A stretch of DNA of 41,176 nt from a virus (lineage: Duplodnaviria > Caudoviricetes): positions 1 to 41,176 of the IMG/VR virus record IMGVR_UViG_3300017707_001413; one strand, written 5' to 3'. The notes beneath the pieces were generated by a model that saw nothing but the letters and a program-made list of their open reading frames with translations, did no database searches and was not told where the DNA came from. This document shows, in pieces, positions 34,684 to 41,176 of this stretch (position 1 is the stretch's first letter; every line of letters begins with the position of its first letter). Both the position numbers and the translations under genes were made by a program.

Positions 34684-35373
34684 GGCCAGATTGTGACGCC
34701 ATACTACGAAGATGAATACGCGACGCTCTACAATATGGACTGTGAACAAGGAATCGAAGGCGTGAAATTCGATGTCCTTCTGACCGATCCGCCCTACTTC
34801 CTGCCGATCAATTCATACGTCGGGCGGCGTGGTGAAGGCTACGAGAAAACCATGCTCGGCGACATGAGCGTGCTGCGCGGCTACTTCAAGATGATGTTCC
34901 GAAAGTTCCGGGCGGCGATGCCTGACACTGGCAGCATCTACGCCTTCTGTGATGCCAAAAGCTATCCAATCTTTTTTGAAGCGATGTTCCCGCTGTGCAA
35001 GCACGTCCGGCTGATAATCTGGGACAAGCAAGTTAGCTACAACGGCTACACATGGCGGCATCAGCACGAACTCATAGCGTGGGGCGAACTCGAAAACACC
35101 GTGCGCGTGCCAACCGGCGACGGCGACATCATCCGATGCCGTGGCGTGCTACAAGACGACAAACAACATCCCGCCGAAAAGCCGGTGCGACTGCTTGAGG
35201 CAATCTGTAAAAAACACGAAGGCGTCATCTGTGACCCATACGCGGGAAGCGGTTCGACGCTGGTAGCTGCGAAGATATGCGGTCGAAAAAGCATAGGCTT
35301 CGAGATGGAGGAAAAGCACTGTGAAACAGCAGCAAAGCGACTACAACAAACAACGCTCGGCCTGGCCGTCTAA
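34633..35373 (+). CDS. Cassette 3: DNA N4-cytosine/N6-adenine methyltransferase (beta class)
   Basis: LTDPPY, IIWDK, HPAEKP, DPYAGSGST; cassette ends GTTAGACGGCCAG / CTGGCCGTCTAAC (13/13). Confidence 0.92.
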   Translation: MIATETPAAVRSMRLLDGQIVTPYYEDEYATLYNMDCEQGIEGVKFDVLLTDPPYFLPINSYVGRRGEGYEKTMLGDMSVLRGYFKMMFRKFRAAMPDTGSIYAFCDAKSYPIFFEAMFPLCKHVRLIIWDKQVSYNGYTWRHQHELIAWGELENTVRVPTGDGDIIRCRGVLQDDKQHPAEKPVRLLEAICKKHEGVICDPYAGSGSTLVAAKICGRKSIGFEMEEKHCETAAKRLQQTTLGLAV

Positions 35374-35498
35374 CGAGAAAGGTCAGCGATGAGCTGTCAA
35401 AAATGCGGTGGTGAACATAGCACAATGGCGTGTGATGACGAAGGCGAGCAACGAACGAGAAAGGCGCAAAGCTCATTCGCTGCACCGTCTGGATATGC
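35368..35498 (-). other. attC site (cassette 2) with non-canonical ATC/GAT core
   Basis: GTCTAAC..GGTCAGCGATGAGC..GCTCATTCGCTGCACC..GATATGC. Confidence 0.85.
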
Positions 35499-35685
35499 CG
35501 CGATGGAGGCCACGGTGACGGCTCTCGAACGACGGGTATCCGAACTGGAGAAGCACTCGCATCCGCCCGTGAATCTGCGACCCGCCGTGGAAGCCATCGT
35601 GGAAGAATGTCTCTCGCGGCATATCGACCAAGCTCACCCACAGCCGGGGGCGGCAGGGGTGGAGCGCAAAGGAGACAACCAATGA
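35389..35685 (+). CDS. Cassette 2 ORF, hypothetical
   Basis: Cassette ends GATATGCCGCGA / TCGCGGCATATC (12/12). Confidence 0.55.
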   Translation: MSCQKCGGEHSTMACDDEGEQRTRKAQSSFAAPSGYAAMEATVTALERRVSELEKHSHPPVNLRPAVEAIVEECLSRHIDQAHPQPGAAGVERKGDNQ

Positions 35686-35745
35686 ACCAAGAAACATCGA
35701 ACGTAGAGAGCGCACCGGCTGTTGCGGTGGAGCGCGTGGTTAGCC
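35619..35745 (-). other. attC site (cassette 1)
   Basis: GCATATC..GCTCACCCACAGCCGG..CCGGCTGTTGCGGTGGAGC..GTTAGCC. Confidence 0.85.
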
Positions 35746-35969
35746 GCCTGCCAGCGTGTAAAGGAACAAACTGCGGATGCACAGATGGGGTCAGCCACTC
35801 CAAGGAATGCCGCGAAGAATACGAAGCTGCCACGGCCATGCCCTACGACGAACAATGGCTGCACGAACCAGATGACGGGCGAGGCTGGAAGTGCCACGTC
35901 TGCAAATACGGCGGCTCGGCAAACAACAGCGCGAACACCTTCTGCGCGAACTGCCACAGGCACAAATGA
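35682..35969 (+). CDS. Cassette 1 ORF, Cys-rich with RanBP2-like zinc finger
   Basis: CKGTNCGCTDGVSHSKEC and WKCHVC..N..CANC; RBS AAGGAG + ATG in the attC loop; ends GTTAGCCGCCT / AGGCGGCTAAC. Confidence 0.65.
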   Translation: MNQETSNVESAPAVAVERVVSRLPACKGTNCGCTDGVSHSKECREEYEAATAMPYDEQWLHEPDDGRGWKCHVCKYGGSANNSANTFCANCHRHK

Positions 35970-35973
35970 AGGC

Positions 35974-36010
35974 GGCTAACAGTGATTAACAAACTCCTGA
36001 TCTGTTAAAT
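35974..36010 (-). other. Putative attI site
   Basis: Minus strand: ATTTAACAGATCAGGAGTTTGTTAA-TCACT-G^TTAGCC; an R core without an attC hairpin, directly upstream of intI. Confidence 0.65.
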
Positions 36011-36970
36011 ATGAACACCGAGGCTGCAATTCAAAGACTTGTGGAAGTGTGCCGGAGGCAGCACAAATCGCTGTCAACAGAGAGGGTTTACTCGCATTGG
36101 CTACGGGACTTTTGCAGGTTTGTTCCGACCGTAGATCCTGCTCTTTCCAGTGAGCGAAAGATGGAGGCTTATTTGACGATGCTGGCCCGGAAAAGGGATG
36201 TATCCGCATCGACGCAGAATCAGGCGTTCAATGCGGTGTTGTTCTTTTATCGGCGCGTGCTCGGGCAGGAATTGAAGGACATCGACGGACTGCGCGCGAC
36301 GCGGCCGGATCGGGTGCGGTATGCGCCGACGGTGGATGAGGTGCGCCAGTTGTTGCCGATGGTGCGCGATGTGGGTGGGTATCCGACGAACTTGATCACG
36401 CGGATGCTTTACGGGTGCGGTTTGCGTGTGAGTGAGCCGCTGGCGTTGCGGGTGAAGGATCTGGATCTGGTGAACAGCCAGGTGCGAATCATCGAAGCGA
36501 AGAATCGAAAGGATCGCGTGGTCAAGCTGCCGTGTTCCATCGTGGAGGAGTTGCGAGCGCAGATGGATTTCGCGCGGGCGGTCTGGCGGCGGGACGTGGA
36601 GGGAAAGTTGCCGGTGGTGTTGCCGCATCAGTTGGCGAGGAAATATCCGGCTTATCAATTCGCCTGGTCGTGGGCCTGGGTGTTTCCGATGCGGAACGCT
36701 TGCCGGCATCCGCGCACGGGTGAATGGGTGCGCTGGCATGTGCTGCCGTGCAATGTGCAGCGGGCGGTTCAGGAGGCGGCGCAAAAGCTGGAACTGCCGA
36801 TCACGCCCCACTGTTTGCGCCACGCCTACGCGACGCATTCGCTGAACCGGGGCGTGAACATCAAGGCGTTGTCAGAGGCGATGGGGCACGCGCAGATCGA
36901 GACGACGGCGGGGTATTGCCACGCGGAGGCGTTGAGCGTGCCGAGTCCGTTGGAATTGGTGATGGCATGA
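36011..36970 (+). CDS. intI: Integron integrase (tyrosine recombinase)
   Basis: SASTQNQAFNAVLFFY, LYGCGLRVSE, IntI-specific insertion LPHQLARKYP..W.WVFP..HPRTG..RWH, HCLRHAYATH, MGH..TTAGY. Confidence 0.92.
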   Translation: MNTEAAIQRLVEVCRRQHKSLSTERVYSHWLRDFCRFVPTVDPALSSERKMEAYLTMLARKRDVSASTQNQAFNAVLFFYRRVLGQELKDIDGLRATRPDRVRYAPTVDEVRQLLPMVRDVGGYPTNLITRMLYGCGLRVSEPLALRVKDLDLVNSQVRIIEAKNRKDRVVKLPCSIVEELRAQMDFARAVWRRDVEGKLPVVLPHQLARKYPAYQFAWSWAWVFPMRNACRHPRTGEWVRWHVLPCNVQRAVQEAAQKLELPITPHCLRHAYATHSLNRGVNIKALSEAMGHAQIETTAGYCHAEALSVPSPLELVMA

Positions 36971-37020
36971 CGGTGGATGAGATTTCAGAAAACGTGAAAC
37001 GTGAAACGTAAAGGAGCGAG

Positions 37021-37545
37021 ATGAACGAAGGACACAACAGCGGAATGACGCACGATCAGCAGATGGAGCAGCTCAGGCAGTTGCAGATACGGACAACGAC
37101 GCCGGCCGCGCCGGCCGCGCCGACGCATTTTCAACCAATGCAACCAACGATGAATCCACCGAACCAACCGACGCCGTATCAACCGCCGCAGCCGCCGCCG
37201 ATGCAACCGCACCAGCCAGCACCAGCGGTCGCAATGGCTCCGGTGCATTATCCGCCGCCAGGGTATCCACCGCAGCCGATGCCGGGCTATCCGCCGCAAC
37301 CGATGGCACCGCCCGCGCTGCCAGCGGCAATCGGATTCATGGTGCCGATGAAGGTGAACACGCAACAGGGGACGGTGAAGGCGATGGTGATGTTTGGGCC
37401 GGAATGGGCGGCGAATCCTGCCGCTGCGGAGCAATTGATCACGGCGCTGCAATTCGCGGGCTGGCCGGTGGACGCGTGGCAGAAGCCGCCGGGCGGCGGA
37501 GGTGGTGGAAGCTGGGGCGGTGGCGGCGGACGCGGGAGGTATTGA
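37021..37545 (+). CDS. Pro/Gln-rich low-complexity protein with Gly-rich tail
   Basis: RBS AAGGAG; PPGYPPQPM repeats; GGGGGGSWGGGGGRGRY. Confidence 0.6.
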   Translation: MNEGHNSGMTHDQQMEQLRQLQIRTTTPAAPAAPTHFQPMQPTMNPPNQPTPYQPPQPPPMQPHQPAPAVAMAPVHYPPPGYPPQPMPGYPPQPMAPPALPAAIGFMVPMKVNTQQGTVKAMVMFGPEWAANPAAAEQLITALQFAGWPVDAWQKPPGGGGGGSWGGGGGRGRY

Positions 37546-37551
37546 ACGAAC

Positions 37552-38277
37552 ATGAACACGAAAAACGCTGAATGGAAATGCGCGCCTTGGCTGGCGCTGG
37601 ACATCGAGACGCGCGGAGGGAATCCCGAGTGCGCCGCCGAACACGTCCGCAAAGAGTGGTGGCCGACGGAATCCTGGACGCCGGAGACGATTGGGAAAAG
37701 GTTCAAGGTGGCCATCGAGGAGACGGCGCAGAAGATGGGTCTGCTCGATACGGCGGGGATCGCCACGGTGCAACTGAAGACGCCGACGATGGCGCTGGTG
37801 CTGCACTGCCTGACGCTCCATGAGCTGGTGCAGTTGCCAGCGGGGTATCAGGTGGGATTCAACACCGAGAAGGAGCTGTTGATCTATCTCAGGATCTGGC
37901 TGGAGAGCCAGGCGGACGATGCGACGGTGTTGACGGGATGGAATATCAAGGGATTCGACTTGCGGAGGATGCGTTTCGCGTATCTGCGGGCGGGTCTGAA
38001 CATCCCGCGCGCGCTGCGAGTGAGCGCGCCGACGTATGACATGATGGAGGAATACGCCAAGCATTTCAGCGTGAACCGGAATCCGTTCGTGAAGCTGGAG
38101 GTCGCGCTGGAGGCGTTTGGGATGCGGAATCACAAGACGGAGATGGACGGATCGCAGGTGGACAAGATGATCGCGGCGGGGGAGTTCGACAAGGTGCTGA
38201 AGTACGCGTGGGATGACATCGAGCAGGAGGCGGAGCTGTTCCTGATCATGACGGGGCAGAGCGGGAGGCTGGGATGA
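37552..38277 (+). CDS. DnaQ/PolB-type 3'-5' exonuclease
   Basis: ExoI LDIET, ExoII GWNIKGFDL, ExoIII YAWDD. Confidence 0.85.
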   Translation: MNTKNAEWKCAPWLALDIETRGGNPECAAEHVRKEWWPTESWTPETIGKRFKVAIEETAQKMGLLDTAGIATVQLKTPTMALVLHCLTLHELVQLPAGYQVGFNTEKELLIYLRIWLESQADDATVLTGWNIKGFDLRRMRFAYLRAGLNIPRALRVSAPTYDMMEEYAKHFSVNRNPFVKLEVALEAFGMRNHKTEMDGSQVDKMIAAGEFDKVLKYAWDDIEQEAELFLIMTGQSGRLG

Positions 38278-38789
38278 ACGCGGCACAACTGATCAACCAG
38301 ACCTCGGGCGAGGTGGAGATTTACACGCCAGCGAAGATCATCGAGGCGGCGCGGGTGACGCTGGGCGGGTTCATCGAGCTTGATCCGGCGTCGAGCGAGA
38401 AGGCGAACGAAACGGTGAAGGCAAGGCGGTTCTTTACGCTAAAAGATGACGGATTAAATCAAATTTGGGCGGCGCAAACACTGTGGATGAATCATCCATT
38501 TTCGAGAAAGGGAAACCCGATGTGGATCAACAAGCTGATCCGGAATTACGAAATGCGATACACGCGGGCGGCGTGTTGCATCACTTTCGCGAGCACATCA
38601 GAGGCGTGGTTCAGGCCGCTGCGGGATTTCCCTCAATGCTATTTGTCGCCGCGCACCAATTACTTGTTGCCGGACGGGACAGTTTACAAAGGCGTAACGA
38701 AGGGCAGTGTAGTGACTTACCTGGGGCCGAATGTGGAATTGTTCCGGCGCGCATTCGAGGGCGAAGGCTTGGGAAAGGTGAAGGTTTAG
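38274..38789 (+). CDS. Phage DNA N6-adenine methyltransferase (Dam-like)
   Basis: EIYTP, LDPAS, DDGLNQIW, WMNHPF (NPPY variant), TSEAWF. Confidence 0.8.
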   Translation: MNAAQLINQTSGEVEIYTPAKIIEAARVTLGGFIELDPASSEKANETVKARRFFTLKDDGLNQIWAAQTLWMNHPFSRKGNPMWINKLIRNYEMRYTRAACCITFASTSEAWFRPLRDFPQCYLSPRTNYLLPDGTVYKGVTKGSVVTYLGPNVELFRRAFEGEGLGKVKV

Positions 38790-38791
38790 GC

Positions 38792-39298
38792 ATGGGGGAG
38801 TATTGCCATGATTGCGAATATGCGCAGATGGAGCGGGCGGGGATTCACATGACGCACGCGGGCATGGATCAGGCGAAGGCGGACGCGCTGGCGGCGGGGG
38901 AGAGGTGCGCAGCGCACACAAGCACCTCACCCTGGCACTCTCCCGCCGAAGGTCGGCCTCCCGCAAGCGGAGAGGGAGCGGAGTTGAAGATCATCGTGAT
39001 TCAACACGAGCGCCTGGCGAAGCAGGAGGGTGAATATGTGGGATGGCCGCGCACGTTGGCGGGGCCGTTCAGGATGGGCTTCGACGGCACGCGGGATGAG
39101 GTGTTGCGAAAGTACAAGGTGTGGCTGTTCGGAGAGGTGAAGGCGAAGGGGCAGGCGTTCCGCAAGCTGGGCGAGCTGATGCCGCAGGCGCGCAGGGCGG
39201 AGGGGTTGACGCTGGTGTGTTTGGAGCCGGCCATTGGTGAGATCATCGCGAGCTGTCTGCGGTGGATGGCAGGGAAAGGAAACGAAGGGATTCAATGA
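38792..39298 (+). CDS. DUF4326-like protein (degenerate)
   Basis: YVGWPRTLAGPF..DGTRDEVLRKYKVWL..LTLVC resembles the DUF4326 pattern. Confidence 0.5.
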   Translation: MGEYCHDCEYAQMERAGIHMTHAGMDQAKADALAAGERCAAHTSTSPWHSPAEGRPPASGEGAELKIIVIQHERLAKQEGEYVGWPRTLAGPFRMGFDGTRDEVLRKYKVWLFGEVKAKGQAFRKLGELMPQARRAEGLTLVCLEPAIGEIIASCLRWMAGKGNEGIQ

Positions 39299-40068
39299 CG
39301 CCATATTTGAACGTGCGGTGTGATTATTTTGACCATCCGAAAACGAAACGGTTGATCGGCCTGTTGGGCCGTGGAGCGGAGGTGTTGCCGATCCGGTTGT
39401 GGGCATACTGCGGTATGTATCACAGCAAGGACGGCAGGCTGACCGGCTACGCGGAGCAGGAGATCGAATCGCTCGTGAACTGGTGGGGCAAACCCGGCGA
39501 GATGCTGGCGGCGCTGGAGAAGGTGGGATATGTGCAACGGGAGAACGGGGCGGGTTGGGCCATGGCGGATTGGGGGGAGCATCAGGGCCACATCGAGGCG
39601 CTAAAGGTGCGCGGACGAAGGATGGCGGAGGCACGCTGGACGCGCATTCGTGGAGAAGATGACAGCAATGCTGACAGCATTGCACAAGCAATGCCTGTGC
39701 AATGCTCCATCCTACCATCCATCCATCCAACCATCCAACATACCCTAAAAGCAGGGGGAGGGGAGGTGGACAAGGTCCGCGACGCGACAGGGAAGGCGAC
39801 GGAGATGGCGACGGAGATGGCGGGGCCGTATCCCATGCCGCGCTCGGGCGGGCTACCTGCACCGCTTTACCCGAAGACGGCGACGCAGATGGTGGATCAG
39901 TGCAAGAAGGAAATCGCGAGCATCCGGGCCAGGTGCGGGAAGCAGAAAAAGATCGAGGTGGTGGGTGGCGAGAGGCGTCACACAGGCTGGACTTACGAGG
40001 CTGCGGCGGTGGTGGCGATGGAGGCTTGGAAGGGGAGGATCGAGGAAATAGAAAGGGCAACGACGTGA
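39295..40068 (+). CDS. Putative replication initiator
   Basis: N-terminal YLNVRCDYFDHPKTKRL..LPIRLW winged-helix type, low-complexity linker. Confidence 0.6.
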   Translation: MTPYLNVRCDYFDHPKTKRLIGLLGRGAEVLPIRLWAYCGMYHSKDGRLTGYAEQEIESLVNWWGKPGEMLAALEKVGYVQRENGAGWAMADWGEHQGHIEALKVRGRRMAEARWTRIRGEDDSNADSIAQAMPVQCSILPSIHPTIQHTLKAGGGEVDKVRDATGKATEMATEMAGPYPMPRSGGLPAPLYPKTATQMVDQCKKEIASIRARCGKQKKIEVVGGERRHTGWTYEAAAVVAMEAWKGRIEEIERATT

Positions 40069-40553
40069 TGCGACTGCGTTACGACGACTTGCTGAAAACC
40101 GCTGAATGGCGCGTGTTCTCGTGGGAGCAAAAGCGGGATGCGGGGTTCAAGTGCGCGTTTTGCGTGACGTTGGGCGAGGCGAGATTGCAGACGCATCACT
40201 GGTGGTACGAGGCGGGGCAGTATCCTTGGTGCGTGTCGAGGGGTCAGGTGTGCGTGATGTGCGGTCCATGCCACGAGGTTTTGCATCGCGAGTTCGAAAC
40301 CTTCAAGCGTCATGTGCTCACATCGATGGGCGAGACGCCAGGGGCGCGGCAGTTCATTCGCTGGTTCAGGCGGCATCTGTTCGCCGGGTTCACGCCGGAA
40401 GGATTCACGCGATTCAATGCGCGCTTGTTGCTGGGCGACGAGCAGACGGGACCGGTGGGGTCGGAGGTGGCGAAGGTGTTGGCGGGAGTGTTGGCAACGT
40501 CAAACCAAGATGAAGAGATGAACGGAAGCGAAAGGACGATGAATGCCAGGTGA
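40068..40553 (+). CDS. HNH endonuclease-like protein
   Basis: YDDLLKTAEW..CAFC..LQTHH..Y..PW..MCGPCHEVLH. Confidence 0.7.
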   Translation: MRLRYDDLLKTAEWRVFSWEQKRDAGFKCAFCVTLGEARLQTHHWWYEAGQYPWCVSRGQVCVMCGPCHEVLHREFETFKRHVLTSMGETPGARQFIRWFRRHLFAGFTPEGFTRFNARLLLGDEQTGPVGSEVAKVLAGVLATSNQDEEMNGSERTMNAR

Positions 40554-41031
40554 CCACGACTATACGCAGAACGAACAGGGAGAGGTGGTGCCGGCCTTTG
40601 TCGAGGAGTTCGACTGGTCGCACTTGGACACGTTGGAGGATGAGATTCGGCAAGGGCTGAAGGAAGGGCGCTCGGTGGTGTCCATGGTGCGCGAGCTGGT
40701 GGACATGGAGGCGAGCGAGCGGGTCACGCGCTCCATCGCGGCTGTCATCGCCATGATCGCTGAGTCGCGTCGACCGAAGCTGTTGATCGACCGCATCGCC
40801 TACATCACAAACATGACGTTGAACCAGGGCGCAAGCATCAGCGAACTGGCGCGCAAGCACAGGCAGAGTAAGCAGGCATTCAGTCAGGCAGCGTTGCGAT
40901 TAGCCAAGGCGCTGGGCCTGCGTCCAGGGCGACAGATGCGAAGCCTCAAGGCGCGTGAGTCGATGGCCAAGGCGTATCGAGAAAGGCATGGAGTGACAGG
41001 AACCATGCGAGCATCCACTCCAAAGCGATGA
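40543..41031 (+). CDS. Hypothetical protein with C-terminal HTH (possible late regulator)
   Basis: SISELARKHRQSKQAFSQ HTH-like; last gene before terS if the genome is circular. Confidence 0.5.
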   Translation: MPGDHDYTQNEQGEVVPAFVEEFDWSHLDTLEDEIRQGLKEGRSVVSMVRELVDMEASERVTRSIAAVIAMIAESRRPKLLIDRIAYITNMTLNQGASISELARKHRQSKQAFSQAALRLAKALGLRPGRQMRSLKARESMAKAYRERHGVTGTMRASTPKR

Positions 41032-41176
41032 ACCGATTACACCAAAGGTTGGCACGAAAGCGCAGCTTTTACGATAACGGGGACACAATGGCGCGCGTTG
41101 ATTACCAAGGGGATACGCCGTCAAGGAATCTCTTGCTTTAACGCTATAACACTCCCTTTTTCTCCCAGATCGGAAG

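Larger units (their letters stand above)
28596..36970. mobile_element. Phage-borne integron: intI + attI + 16-cassette array
   Basis: IntI-type recombinase next to 16 imperfect palindromes with R''/R' cores; the two ends of each cassette are reverse-complementary. Confidence 0.92.

Noticed and set aside
29700-35970. Minus-strand ORFs in the array (e.g. containing PNKRMQRT, NNRMQRT, PNHRMERT)
   Set aside because: These are translations of attC top strands and antisense shadows; the recognisable domains are all on plus.
28596-35980. CRISPR array or REP-type repeats
   Set aside because: The palindromes differ in sequence and length and flank gene-sized units with R-box complementarity; this fits attC, not direct repeats with spacers.
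36011-36970. Ordinary phage integrase or XerC/D
   Set aside because: It carries the IntI-specific insertion and the SASTQNQA motif and abuts an attC array.
39709-39744. CCAT/CCAA microsatellite as replication iterons
   Set aside because: It lies in the initiator linker, where lambdoid origins occur, but it is too short and simple to call.
36985-40060. Long minus-strand ORFs (433 aa, 377 aa)
   Set aside because: Antisense shadows of GC-rich coding genes, with low-complexity Arg/Pro content and no motifs.
1-41176. tRNA, rRNA or alternative genetic code
   Set aside because: No cloverleaf or rRNA-like segment was recognised; genes are intact under the standard code.

Overview
The window looks like a complete or near-complete ~41 kb tailed-phage genome opened at the terminase. 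It has a lambda-like head module (Nu1/GpA terminase, portal, S49 protease, capsid), tail genes, and an ~10 kb block of Thr/Asn-rich adhesin, beta-helix and outer-membrane proteins that unexpectedly carry signal peptides. An early/replication region follows. The main discovery is a complete phage-borne integron at 28596-36970: an IntI-type integron integrase (36011-36970), a putative attI just upstream, and 16 gene cassettes bounded by 16 attC sites. The attC top strand is the minus strand (canonical, pointing away from intI), but every cassette ORF is inverted and co-transcribed with the phage early genes. Many ORFs start inside their own attC loop, and the attC sites carry frame-standardised stop/start (ATGA) couplers that would preserve translation after shuffling. 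The cargo is phage-type, including three DNA-modification enzymes (a split C5-methyltransferase, a Mom-like protein, an N4/N6-methyltransferase), which suggests a shufflable anti-restriction array. Other points: a repeated TTGACTC-N5-CCAT motif before late genes, an OB-less ATP-dependent ligase inverted in the head-tail module, several heptamer tandem repeats, and a strong GC-skew switch near 24 kb. All calls come from motif reading by eye; no database searches were run.
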